DNA of 62,283 bases, the filler included, from Basidiobolus ranarum (Eukaryota): assembly GCA_040143965.1 (NCBI GenBank). It is 29 parts of 29 records of this genome, joined end to end, with 100 filler letters (N's around TTAATTAATTAA, not from the genome) between each part and the next. Parts side by side here need not be neighbours in the genome. Positions count along the whole stretch, not along the records: positions 10,809 to 12,866 come from JASJQH010003849.1; positions 12,967 to 15,023 come from JASJQH010003850.1; positions 15,124 to 17,179 come from JASJQH010003851.1; positions 17,280 to 19,334 come from JASJQH010003852.1; positions 19,435 to 21,488 come from JASJQH010003853.1; positions 21,589 to 23,641 come from JASJQH010003854.1; positions 23,742 to 25,794 come from JASJQH010003855.1; 22 more parts are not named here. One strand, written 5' to 3'. Shown one piece after another: positions 12,866-25,794 of the stretch. Made by a program: the position numbers and the translations under genes. Position 1 is the stretch's first letter; each line of letters opens with the position of its first letter. Under the pieces are notes generated by a model, which did not search any database, was not told the origin of the DNA, and saw only the letters and a program-made list of their open reading frames with translations.

Positions 12866-13173
12866 ANNNNNNNNNNNNNNNNNNNNNNNNNNNNNNNNNN
12901 NNNNNNNNNNTTAATTAATTAANNNNNNNNNNNNNNNNNNNNNNNNNNNNNNNNNNNNNNNNNNNNGCACAATTTGGCACTATCCATCACCCTCTGGCAT
13001 GATCAATTTCAATCACATTTACTCTAATATATTGATCCAAGGTCCGATAAATCTTGGCACAATGGAACAAGTCCACTAACAAAACCACTCAAACCTTCAA
13101 GCTTTGAGAAGTTAACAGCAGGAATAGGCATTAGTGAATATAAGCACAATGCTGAATAAGAATTAAGGGAGGG

Positions 13174-13489
13174 TGTTAGAAAATTAGTACATGTTCAATA
13201 TCAGAGTTGACTTTAGTTATAATACATATATTAGAAACAGAAAGAAACATATCTATAGCCCCTATATTCTAAATAGAAATATCTCTATATCTATATAACA
13301 AGTGTGCCTTATAATCCCCACTTATCTATTATATCTTATTACACAAACTCCTGAATATCTCAAACAACTGATTCACTTTTCACTATGTAAGTCACCATAT
13401 ACTCTTAAGAATCAAGTAACTAAAACACACTATCCTAAGTTGCTTCTAATACCCAAAGTCTACCCCCATTGTATCAAGATCCTCCAACA
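13174..13489 (+). repeat. Copia 3' LTR, family B
   Basis: TGTTAG...CCAACA after PPT AAGGGAGGG and the RNase H tail LTKPLKPSSFEKL; related copies at 15310-15623, 49316-49421 and 50283-50550. Confidence 0.85.
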
Positions 13490-13596
13490 AAATAGCTCTT
13501 GACTGAAATGTAGCACAAGTTTTTGGAATGGATCTGAGTTGCTCAGAAGTAAGTGCTGTATTCAGTGATAAAGATCACCAAAAGTAATCTCAGGAC

Positions 13597-14850
13597 TGTT
13601 GAAACTAACATTGTCTAAACACCTATATAGTCATATATAGCTTAGTACTTAGTTATCTTATAATTCACTAAGATATTATCCATTATTCTCATCAAGAATT
13701 TACTTAGAATATTTTACCAACTTAGAAGTTCTCAGATATAGAGATTTTTCAAACTTGTGCTAGAAGCCTCAAACTTTGTATACATGTTCCTGAGACCTGC
13801 TTTAAAACATTCTACATGTTAGTTTGCTTATATCTTAACAAAACTACAAATGTCAACTTTCTATTCAATAAATCAATAAGTGAAAACCACCAATTCCTCT
13901 GATTTTCCACACCACTTCCAACAAGCTTCCAAATACTTTAACATACTATGAGCCCCAAGCTTGCACTCTCTGTAATGTCTACTTCTCAAATCTATGGAAC
14001 TTTTCCCTTGTCTGGAAAATTGGATGGAACAAATTTGACCTTAAATTAAGTATTTGACAGACTTCTGGATGAAGATTTATGCAAATTGGGATCCAACTAA
14101 AAGAATAAAGAAAATGCTATAATAGGCTATGGGAGACCTTCCTTTAAAGGTCAAAAGTACTTTGAGAAGAAAAGTAACACAATATGTGATTACTGTAAAA
14201 GAACTGGCCATTTAAGCAAAAATTGCTTTAAAAGAATTACAAAAGAAGAAAAGCATACTGAATTTGTGAATGTGGTAACAACAAAAGATCACTTGTGTAT
14301 ATCTGCTCTATCTATGACTACCAATAAGGAATCCCTGACATGGTATATTGATTCTGGAGCCTCTCTATACCTAAGAAATCTCCTACTCTCAATTTGGCGG
14401 ATATTGGATGCAATCAATTGTTGGAAGTATTCAATCAATCCCAACAAGTATTCAATCAATCACAAAATTCAGGCAATCAGGTCTCAGAAATCCTACTAAG
14501 TGGAAATCAGAAATATCCTGTAAGTGAAACATCTGACCATTCTACCAAGAACTTTGGATGCCTTGAATTAGAGCCCAAAATCAACCGATTCAATTCAGAA
14601 AAAGGGTGGAATATATCTGCACATATAGCATTTTATCAACCAGAAAATTTGACACAAGCTCTGAAATCTGATGAAGCAACAGAATGAAGAAAAGCCACTG
14701 ATGATGAAATTCACTCCCTAATCAAGAATAACACATGGATCCTTGTGGACTTAATTACTGGAAGAAAAACTATTGGTAATAGATGGGTGCTGAAATTGAA
14801 ACTTAACTCAAATGGATCAATCAACTGGTACAAAGCAAGATTAGTAGTAA
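13597..14850 (+). mobile_element. Internally deleted copia element with family C 5' LTR
   Basis: LTR 13597-13942, decayed PBS (CTATGAGCCC), knuckle CDYCKRTGHLSKNC, WYIDSGAS, RT start IGNRWVLKLK...YKARLVV. Confidence 0.85.
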
Positions 14851-15309
14851 ATGTTAAAGTATTTGAGAGCCTGTTGGAAGTGGTTTGGAGAATAAGAAGA
14901 ATTGGTAGTTTTCACTTGTTGATGTATTGAGTAGAAAATTGACACTTATAGTCTTTTCAAGATGTAAGCAAACATACATGTAGAATGTGCTAAGGAAGGT
15001 CCCAGGAGTATGCATGCAAAGTTNNNNNNNNNNNNNNNNNNNNNNNNNNNNNNNNNNNNNNNNNNNNTTAATTAATTAANNNNNNNNNNNNNNNNNNNNN
15101 NNNNNNNNNNNNNNNNNNNNNNNTTTCACTCCTGAAACTGAAAAAATTGATTAAAATCAAATCTAACTTGACGATTTTATGACGGTAAGTAAACGGTCAA
15201 TCCCAAATGGATTAAAATTGTGATGGTTTTCCTATGATAACAATCCTCAAATTTCTGTTAGGGTTTTAGTGGATGAAATATAATGCATTGGACTACCTAC
15301 TACTGATCA

Positions 15310-15623
15310 TGTTGGATAATTAGTCTTTATTCAACATCATAGTTAACTTTAGTTCTGATACATATATCAGAAACAGAAAGCAACATATCTATAGCCCCTA
15401 TATTCTAAATAGGAATATCTCTATATCTATATAACAAGTATGTCTTATTACTGCCACTTATCTATTATATCTTATTACACAAACTCTTGAATATCACAAA
15501 CAATTGACTTCTCTACTATACAAGTCACTATATACTCTTAGAAATAAAGTAACTAAGACACACTATGATAAGTTGTTTCTAATACTCAAAGTCTACCCCC
15601 CATTATGTCAAGATCCTCCAACA
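15310..15623 (+). repeat. Solo LTR family B with 5-bp TSD GATCA
   Basis: GATCA|TGTTGG...CCAACA|GATCA. Confidence 0.92.
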
Positions 15624-16690
15624 GATCAATATATCATAGTTACAGTCCTGAATAGCATGCCATATGAGTTTCAGAGCCTAGTAATGGCTCTAGAATCAAG
15701 AACTGAGAATTTGACCTTAAATTATATATTTGGCAGACTTCTGGATGATGATTTATGCAAATTAGGATCCAACCAAAAGAATGAAGAAAATGCTTAAATA
15801 GGCTATGGGAAACCTTCCTATAAAGGTCAAAAGCACTGTAGGAAGAAAAGTAACACATTCTGTGATTACTGTCAAAGAACTGGCCATTTAAGTAAAGATT
15901 GCTTTAAAAGAATTGCAGAAGAAGAAAAACATACTGAGTCTGGAAATGTGGTTGCAACAGAAGATCACTTGTTCATATTTGCTCTATTGATGACTACCAA
16001 CAAGGATTCTCAGACATGGCATATTGATTCTGGAGCCTCCCAACATTTCGCAAATGTAAAACATTGGCTTGTGAATTATGAAAAAATCTCAAGTAGAACA
16101 GTTTTCATGGGAGATGACTGCTTATTGGATGATATTGGAATGGGAACAATTCAAGTCAATTTCACTGGAGCTTCTGAAAAGAAAGTGTATACTTTTAAGA
16201 ATGTATTACAAGTTCCAGATATTGCCAAGAATTTAATATCTGTATGAAAGGCCACCTAAGAAGGGCTAAAATTCAGTTTTGATAGGTCAGGATATACCAT
16301 CACTGATCAAAATGTGAACTATTCAGCTTTGCAAGAAAAGGATCAGTACTTGTGCAAACTTACATATAATCCAAGATGTTTATATGTGAATATAAGTTAT
16401 TCCAGTCAAGAAACTATTGAATTATGGCATAAGTGAAGTAGCTATATTGGATTTGAATATTTGAGCAAATGATAAAAAATTGCCTAATTTCAGGAATTCA
16501 AATGAACCTCTCAACCAAAATGAAAATTTGCAAGGGTGGTATATATGGAAAACAAGCCAGGCAACCATTAAGAGCTCTGGTTTAATCAAATCTGTCAAAA
16601 AATTGGATCTAATTCTTTTAGATTTGTGTGGACCTATGCAAATTTATCTTTAGGTGGAAAAAGATATTTATTCACATTTATTGATGATTA

Positions 16691-17068
16691 TGTTGGGAAA
16701 ATATGGGCTGTTTGGAGGCACTTTAAAGAGTGGAGTTGTGAACAGCTTTTTGTGAGATAATTATTTATTGTCCAGAAGTGAAGCATTGACACATTCTGGT
16801 GGAAATATGAAAAACTAACACTGGGGTTGTGTTCAGAACATCTGTGGGAGTAAAATGAGCTATTTTTGGTGCAATTTGGACAACTTTGAAATTTTCAATA
16901 TGGAATTGCTAATTCACACATTATTCACATACATATATAATATATGTTCTGATTTGCAGTTAAGTGATATGTGACTAATAATCTTAGCTACCTTATATGT
17001 GATATATCAAAAAGTTAGGTGTATCAAGATAGAGATTATAAATATGATAAAGACAATGAACTTCAACA
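16691..17068 (-). repeat. Solo LTR family D with 5-bp TSD GATTA
   Basis: GATTA|TGTTGG...TTCAACA|GATTA, inserted in the integrase DDY codons. Confidence 0.92.
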
Positions 17069-17569
17069 GATTATACAAGATACACTGGGGTCTACTTTAT
17101 AGAAAGAAAAGGGGAAGCTCTCTCTATCTTTAGAGATTTTAAAGCACTTGTGGAGACTGAAACTGGAACTAAAATCAAGNNNNNNNNNNNNNNNNNNNNN
17201 NNNNNNNNNNNNNNNNNNNNNNNTTAATTAATTAANNNNNNNNNNNNNNNNNNNNNNNNNNNNNNNNNNNNNNNNNNNNAACTTCGTACGGGCTGGCACG
17301 ATATCTCCAAAAAAATCATTGTGTCCAATTGTGGTGTGATAGTGCCATATTGTTCCGTATAGTGTCCGATCAAGTGTTATAGGACCCAGCCATGGTAATT
17401 GACAGATCATGCCAGATGGTGTACTAGCAGGCTGGATTGAGCAGCACAATCTGACCTGGTCCAATGGAACAATTCTTATGTTACTGTTATTGCAAACCAG
17501 GCCATCATATAAAGGATTGCAAATCAAGGAATAATAAGAAGAATAAGCAGTTAGAGTTTGCACAAAGAT

Positions 17570-19200
17570 ATAGGTGCCTGGGATAGCAAAAAATTGTTGT
17601 TAGTAAGTAAAGCTACATCCAAGGGATGCAGCCTTAATTGTGTTCTATATGACTGTACAACTGGAGATCAAAAAGGTAGTAACATAGCTTCTGGAGCTTA
17701 GCAAGTAATTTTGTATAATTCTCTTTATAGTAGGCCATCCAAATACCCAGCCACTACTGTCACAGCTGATGAGATAGACTAGAAAATCTGTTATACAAGA
17801 TTGGGTCATCTAGGAAATAAAAAAAGGAGCAATTTAACAAAAAACAAGATGGTTTTGTGACTTAACTTTGTAGTTTGGCCAGATATGGAGCTATATGATG
17901 GTTGCCTATACAGTAGGCAACACAGACATCCATTTGTGTGCTGTGGAATGAAGAACATGGTTCAAAAATTGGGCCTTGTACACTCAGCTTTATAGGGGCA
18001 TGATGCAGACAAAATCCTTACACAGAAAAAGGTACTTAATGACCATTATTGATAAAGAATAAAGTATATTTGGGTTTACTTGCTGGCCAGTAATGACAAA
18101 GTCTAAGCAGGTCTAAAGATTGAGAGTATCCATACCAATAAAGCAGGGCTATATACTTCAAGCTCTTCTCTAACTTCTGTTCAACACATGGAACAAAGCA
18201 GCACACTACAGTTCAATAGTCCTAACATCAAAATCTAGTAGTCAAACATGCAAACAGATCAATAATGGAAAAGGCAATATTAATGTTTCATGATAAATCA
18301 TTTCTGGACCCAACAAAACATGGAGTTTGGTTGAGTTACCAAATGATTGAAACTCAATTGAATGCAAATTGTTGTTCAAAGTTTAGCAGCAAGTTAATGG
18401 ATATACAGAGAGAAATAAATCCAGACTTATTGCAAGAGGACACCCTCAAGCAGAAGGAGTGGAATACTATAAGACATTTGCTTTAGTAGCAAAGTCCAAC
18501 TTCATCAGAACCATACCGGCAGTAGTAATCAATCACAACCTAAAAATCTGACATATTGATGTTAAAAAAGCCTTATTCAAAGGGAACTTTAAAAAGCATA
18601 TATTTAGGGTTCAACCAAATGAATCTGCAGATCCAGAGCATCCCAAGGATATGTTAAGCTGCAGAACTCATTATTAGGACTTAGGTAATCACCCAGGTCC
18701 TGGTATAGAAAGATAGACACTTTGCAAAATCATTTGACTTTCACAAGAGTGAAGTGGATCTTGGTATCTGTTGAAAGACAGATAGGGTCACTGAAGAAGA
18801 ACCATTGGTTGAATTCAAGATGACAGATTAAGGCAAACTTTTATCCTTTTTGAGCCTGGATGTTGAGAGATATATATTAAGCCAATCTATTACTCTGAAT
18901 CAATTAGATGCCATTCCAGAAAATCCTCAGATGTTACAGGATGGTGAATTGTAAGCCAAAAGCAACTCTCAAAGATCTAGGTTTGAAATTAGTCACAAAT
19001 TGCATCAAACATGAAGCAAATTGCCCAAATATGTCATTATAATGCCCATTTTCCCTTTTTACTACATGGTAGTAAGTGTGATATATGCATGACTGCAAGA
19101 TAGACAGAGATCCTTTTTGCAGTGGAGGTAGTCAGCCAACATATGCAGACTCAGGTTCTCAGCATTGTGCAACATATCAAATTTGGATCCAGAATATGTG
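17570..19200 (+). mobile_element. Highly decayed copia pol
   Basis: Scattered motifs VPGIAK-NLL-VSKA, HIDVKKALF, RSWYRKID, with many frameshifts. Confidence 0.65.
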
Positions 19201-19434
19201 CATTTATAGTAGAGATCAACAGTAACTTTCAAGTATCTGAAAGCCCAGTCAACTGCTATGATTTAATATGATCCACAATTTTGTAGATATTGGTACTCAA
19301 CTCCCACAGAATATGAAATATCTGGCCATAATCCNNNNNNNNNNNNNNNNNNNNNNNNNNNNNNNNNNNNNNNNNNNNTTAATTAATTAANNNNNNNNNN
19401 NNNNNNNNNNNNNNNNNNNNNNNNNNNNNNNNNN

Positions 19435-20965
19435 TTTGTTGCTGTTATTGTGATCAAACAATGCAAAAACCTGTGAGCACATTGAAAAGAGCCCTTTGTC
19501 AAACAGTTAATAACTCTGGAGCCTCTTCAACCCATTGATTACCAACTCACTTATTTTGCTAATACATTGTTAATCAGATTAGCATATGGTAATAGTGACA
19601 ATTTCACCCGGAGGATCATTTCACTGATTGTGAGCTCCATTGGGAACTCCCAGAATGTAAAGCAAGGGCCTATAAGCTCTAAGTAATGTGAAGAATGCAG
19701 CAGGGAATGTATTGAATACCAGCATAGATTAACTCTATCTTCTTTAAACCTGTAACTCAGTTTTCATATCCAATTCCAACATCTTTACACAGTCACTGAG
19801 TCTGCCAAGATCTGCCAATGTGAGTTGATGCTGTAAGAAGATATTAACATATCAACAAACACCTCCCAATGTTGCCAATACATATCTGGAAAAATCTTCT
19901 CATGGCTCCACTTGAATATATACAAATCCAGTACTTCCAGTCTTTGCATTTGAATGAATGCCCAGATGAGTAGATATTGATGGGAATCCTGGTAAAATAT
20001 GATGGTATCTTCACATTTTCAAGCATTTTCCCAATTGATTCAAACTTTGATCCTATCTCAATTGGCTCATTCATGCTGGATTTTCCACTATATAGCTGAG
20101 TAAGAAGTTTTGAAATGTTGTTGATTAGTAAGTGCCCAGAGCCTAATGGGAAGCTCTGGCTCCAGCTGATCCTCTTTAACAACACAATCTTAGGCTTATG
20201 GCTAATACCAAGTTAATGTTAGACTGACTATTTGGTGAATTGATATCAGTGATCATGTGGAAATCTGACCAGGCCCTTGATGGTAAAATCATGGAGTTTA
20301 GTGTTGTATATGATAGTAATAAGTCATATGCCTGTCAAAGTAAACTCCATGGATTTGACAAAATCTACAGCAAGATAGTGCATGGTGCCGATGCAAACCT
20401 CCAAGTTTACTGATGGCAGGAGTGTTACCAATGCATACAATGATTTAAGATTTAGTCAAATATTCACCCATCTGAACACCATTAGATAGCTTTTTAAATT
20501 CCATAATTAAAGGCTGCAAGAAGCAATCCATAAGCACTGGTGATTTAGGTCCTGATATGATCAATAGTATCAACATATCATGACTGTTATACCAATCAGA
20601 AGGAGCAAGATTTAAGTTGATTAAATTTATTGGCCAGCAAGCCTTTCTAACTGTGTATAGGGGCAGTGACAAACCAGCCAGAGCCAATGCAAATGCATGA
20701 TCATATGTGTTCTCAAACAAACCTTGACTTCTCAGCTTCTGGTAGTGATATTCATCAAAAATATCAGTAATACCATCAGCCTTATGATGAGTACTTTGGT
20801 ATAGGATCAATGATCTATATTTGGGTGATGGGAAATTAATGGTATATAAGCCAAATTTGAACAATATATACATGCTTCAGTGATTCCCAATTGTGCAAGA
20901 ACAGTACATGACTGTAGGTTTTTCAGATCACCAGAGAAAGCCAAACAACCATTTGGACATACAGA
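19435..20965 (-). mobile_element. CACTA/EnSpm (Transposase_21-like) transposase pseudogene
   Basis: DIFDEYHYQKL...CWPINLINLNLAPS...ISGPKSPVLMDCFLQPLIMEF; FKCKDWKYW; GPCFTFWEFPME. Confidence 0.88.
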
Positions 20966-21614
20966 CCCTAACAGAAATTTGAGGATTGTTATTGTAGGAA
21001 AACTGTCACAATTTTAATCCATTTGGGATTGACCATTTACTTACAATCTTAAAAATGTCAAGTTAGAGTTGATTTTAATCAATTTTTTCAGTTTCAGGAG
21101 AGAAATTTCAAGATCTTGCAAAATAGTTGCAAATGATTGGCTAAAATCTCAGTGAACTATGGATCAACACATGTGCAAAAAACATAACTCAAATTACCAC
21201 AATTACCACTAGAATGCTAATTTGTCACCTTCAAATTCCTATTCTCTTTGATCTATTCTCCTGAATATTATTATAGAGTTCTTAATACCCAAGGTTTAGC
21301 TCATACCCAACACAAGTTTGTGTCAATATCTCCATCAAAGCCCACCATTGTATCAATGTTGCTGAATCAACATTGTTCCAGCTATTTGGTGGATACCCTG
21401 CAATATTGTGCCACTCCATATCTTCTTTTGCAACAACAGCACAGTCAAAGGATGCTGTGTTAAGTACTAGTGTTGTCTTCTATGTTTGNNNNNNNNNNNN
21501 NNNNNNNNNNNNNNNNNNNNNNNNNNNNNNNNTTAATTAATTAANNNNNNNNNNNNNNNNNNNNNNNNNNNNNNNNNNNNNNNNNNNNTTTTTAGATAAT
21601 ATAATGAAGCCAAC

Positions 21615-21902
21615 TTTATATAGATCTAAAGAATTCTCAATCCAACGTCTCAAACTCAAATAACTGTCTCCATAAGCGTCAGGATTTCCTTGTTCTGCCT
21701 CGTTGTAAAATAATAGATAATCTGGTACCGAGGCTTCGTCTTGAGAAGTAAAATCGGTGGCTACCAATTCATTCAGTGACTGGACCTTTGCTTCGTGTCG
21801 AAGCATGGTTTCCGTCTGTCGGTAACCTTTTTTACTAAGATAGCTAAGAACTACTTTATCAGCATCTGGGGAGTTTGTCATCGAGGAGTTGGGTACACTC
21901 AT
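21615..21902 (-). CDS. TAF5: TFIID subunit TAF5, first exon (3' partial)
   Basis: LisH-like DKVVLSYLSKKGYRQTETMLRHE and NTD2 start YGDSYLSLRRWIENSLDLYK, followed by a GT donor at 21614. Confidence 0.9.
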
Positions 21903-22401
21903 TTGCCGTTCGAAATGTGTTTGCTAACGATAGGCAATGAAAAGACAAGCAATACGAATACAGACAATAATGAACTCACTCTCTTGATCAAAATATAACT
22001 TGACTCTTGATAAATATAGATTTATCAATGTCGCGTATTTAGGTCTTTTATGCATATTGATTTTTTTGCGACAAAAATCAATGAAAATGGCTGAGTAATT
22101 TTATCAATTGAGTTTAGATAATTTTAAAACATTTATTAAATTTACAGTTTATCTACATTATTTACACAATCTTCCTATATATATATATAAATATTAAGGT
22201 TAGACAATATAATACTAAAAGCAAATTTAATGATATCTGTACGCTCAGATTTAAGGCCCGCTCAATTTTATCTTCTTCGTCTCAATAATCGAAAAACTGG
22301 TATTGACCAGACAAATCAATTATTTTGACTCTTAGAACAAGGATGAGTTTTATCATCACAGCGCGTAGATACTTGATCAAATGGAATTACATTTTACCTG
22401 T

Positions 22402-23073
22402 TTAAAATCTAAGTGGTAATACAGGCCATAGACTAGGTGCTTTCTGACCATTCTCCGAGCATCCTTTTTCGTATTCATAATTCAAAGTAGCTTCTAACGT
22501 TGCGATTGTGGATCCAGAAGACCCATAGAGCATGATATATTCTTCTGGAGTAATATGATTGGAAGTCATTGTAGGTAAAGAGTTTAGGGCAACAGCAAGG
22601 GCTTCTCCTTCTTCTTTACGTTGAGCTTCAGCCTCCAGAGATTTTTCCGCATCACCTGTTTAGTTCAATTATTTAGGATATAAAATTCAACATTATGCGA
22701 GAATAATAATATACTTACGTTCTAATCGATGCTTTTCGGAGAAGGCGAACATTGCGATAGTTTCCTCGCTTAACTGGAAGTTTACTTCTTCAACATCTTC
22801 AGTTTCTTCCTGAGCAGCCAATTCCTCGTACTGTTCACTGTCAATATTATTCTGTGGATATGAGTATGTATCCACATGGTGTGTGTACTGCGAAGGTGAA
22901 GAATACTGAGGATAGAATCCTCCGCGTTGAGGATTTATGAGGTTTCTGAAAAAAGGGAGATGAGAGGGGAAATGACCAGCGTGAAATTCTGCAAAGCCCA
23001 GCGTCCGAGGACGGCCGGGCTTGTGATTAGGGAATAAATGATGAGCTGAGTTTTGGTCAAGCAAGGAATGCAT
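22402..23073 (-). CDS. GEMIN8: Gemin8-like SMN complex subunit, two exons (intron 22656-22718)
   Basis: Spliced product has FQLSEETIAMFAFSEKHRLER and ends LYGSSGSTIATLEATLNYEYEKGC...WPVLPLRF*, paralleling the Gemin8 C-terminus LYG...WPVIPLKF; GTAAGT...CAG intron; start codon uncertain. Confidence 0.8.
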
Positions 23074-23580
23074 TTATGAACCAGAGCTACTAAATTCCTC
23101 TTATTTTTACGTTCCAGATGACGTAAACCTAGATACCTCAGGGGTGTCAATGTTTTGAACTATTACCCTGGAAAATGATATGATCATCTATCTGCAATAA
23201 CTTTAATATAATAAAAATATAATGGCTAAACCAATGGTAGAAATCAATACTATGTATTGGAAGTGTCAAGCTACACGCTGACAACATAAAGCCCAAGGTT
23301 AAGCTAACACACACAAGGTCAAGTTAAAATAAGAATTTTGTTTTACTATCAATAAATAATTTTATTCATAGTATGAAGGTATTATTAATAGAAATCAACA
23401 ATGTTTGATGATTCATATCAATACATGAAATAAGCAATTGCCAGTATATCCAAGGAATTGAATCTGTACTAGTAAAAAAAATTAGTATACGGCAGGTGGA
23501 ATAAATATCTGCTTATACTTACTCTTCTATGAAGAAATATAGAAACCGAGGTGAAGAGGCCAAGGTAATCAACAAGAAAT

Positions 23581-23640
23581 TTATTTCTTCTTGGAGACAC
23601 CAACGGTTCTTCCTCTTCTGCCAGTAGTCTTGGTATGTTG
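23581..23640 (-). CDS. RPS18: 40S ribosomal protein S18 (uS13) C-terminus, 5' partial
   Basis: Hand translation QHTKTTGRRGRTVGVSKKK*, the canonical eukaryotic uS13 tail. Confidence 0.92.
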   Translation of the reverse strand, partial: QHTKTTGRRGRTVGVSKKK

Positions 23641-23741
23641 ANNNNNNNNNNNNNNNNNNNNNNNNNNNNNNNNNNNNNNNNNNNNTTAATTAATTAANNN
23701 NNNNNNNNNNNNNNNNNNNNNNNNNNNNNNNNNNNNNNNNN

Positions 23742-25794
23742 ATTCCAGAACTTGATCTCCAGTTCCTCTCTTATACCTGAATATTTGCTTTACTGCAGTT
23801 TTGCGGTCAGATCCTGCATTTGTGAGATATTTGCCAACAGTTGACACTGCCACAGCAATGTCTGGACATGTTCCAACCATTTGATACATCAACTATGCTC
23901 CATGAGTTAATAAGAGAACTCCTAGCTTTGATTTGGTTCATTTTGGGCCAAATTAGATAAAATGTTGATTAATTTCACATTGGGTTCCATTGGTGTTAAT
24001 ACAGGCTTGTGATTCTACATGTGAAAGTGCTTTAGGATGTTAAGGATACATCTAGACTGTTTCATCATAATTTCCCAATTGGGTTTCTCTCACTTGCTTT
24101 GGATTCAAAGAAAATAACAACATTTACTCAAAGAAGTCATCTGAAATTGATTTGATATGATGCTTTTTGTCTGATTAAGTGATTCTAGATCATTTGTAGC
24201 CATGATCACATCATCCACATGTAGTGTCAAGCTAATGATCCTATTTCATGTTGTTATGATGAAAATACTGTGATCTGCTGTGCAATTTTGGAATGCTAGT
24301 TTTTCCAAATAGGTATCTATCTAGTTGTGCCATGACCTGGGTACTTGCTTGTGTCCTAATAGTGTCTTTTGCAGCTTACAGACCATATCAGGTGTTTTGG
24401 CTTAACCAATCTATCTGGTTGCTCCATATAGATCTCTTCTAGAAGTCCATTCAGAAAGAGTGTTTTTACATACATTTGATATATATCAAGGTTATGGACA
24501 GCTGAGAGTGACAGTAATCATTTAATAGAGCTAAACTTAGCTACAGGAGCAAAAGTATCAATCAGATCAACTCCTGGAGCCTGGTAATAACTTCTTGCAA
24601 CTGATCATGCTTCGTGACTTTCTATAGTTCCATGAGCTTGGTTTTAATCTTTGTAGACACATTTACAACCAATTGACTTTGTTGTTGATAGTACATGACT
24701 TAAAACCCGAGTTTTGTTGTTCTGAAGTGAGGAAAACCAATTGAAATTGCTTTCTCCCATACTTTTGTTGCTGGACACTCCAGGGCTTGATCTTGAGTCT
24801 GTGGCTTGTCACCAAAAGCTGCATAAGTTTATACATCATCATTGGAAGTGTTCCACCAGTTGTAAGGGTTATTCCCCCTACCAGATGATCTCTTTGGTAC
24901 TAAATCATCCTCTAATGTAGTTAGGGCCAATATTTTGGTTCACTGGGGCTCAGATACTGCTTTAGTGTTGTCAGGCACTTTGTGAATAGCACTCATTGTG
25001 TTGTGTAGATCAAGAAATATGATCTGATGTGAAAATTTTGCTTTTCCCCTAAAAATCACATCTCTACATATGATCAACTTCCAGTTCTCTACATCTAATA
25101 GTCTATAGGCCTTAAATACTGCAAAGTAACCAAGATATATGCATTTTATGCTTTTGGGTTTCAATCTGGAGTGTTTTTGAGCTGGAAGTAGGCCATGTAC
25201 TGTGTAACCAAAGATCCCAATATGATCTACATTTGGTTTTGATCTATATAGGGCTTCATATGGAGTTGAATTTTGTAGCAATCTTATTAGGCATTAGTTT
25301 TTGATTTCAACTGTAGCAGATACAGATTCAACCCAATATTGGTAAACTATCTTTTGATCATGTAACATTGATCTTGCTATCTCCAATAGGTTCCTATTAG
25401 CATGTTCTGCAACTCCATTTTGCTCTGTAATATAAGGTACAAGGTACATCAGTTTCTTGCTTAATTCCATTTTTATGAAAAAAACTAACAAAGTCTCTAG
25501 AGCAGTATTATGCCCCATTATTACTTCTTAGTATCCTTTTTTTTGTGGTGGTTCTCTTTACTGTTGCATTATGGTACTTCAATCTAGCTAATGCTTCAGA
25601 CTTGGATTTAAGAGAGAATATCTAAGTAAATCTTGTTTTGTCATCAATAAGGTGATAAAGTGCCTTTTGACACACAGTGACATGTTTTTCATTGGCCACA
25701 TAGGTCAAAATGAAGCAGGGAAATATTCTGAGTGGATTCAATTACTCCAAAGCTTGCAAACAGCCTTCTGTGATGCTTTCAACATAGGTAAACT
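23742..25794 (-). mobile_element. Copia integrase-RT, degenerate
   Basis: EQNGVAEHANRNL, TPYEALY, KCIYLGY, TFAPVAK, PDIAVAVS. Confidence 0.92.

Larger units (their letters stand above)
15264..17179 (+). mobile_element. Copia gag-protease-integrase, degenerate, interrupted by two solo LTRs
   Basis: WHIDSGASQHF, VPDIAKNLISV, DLCGPM, FTFIDDY. Confidence 0.9.
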
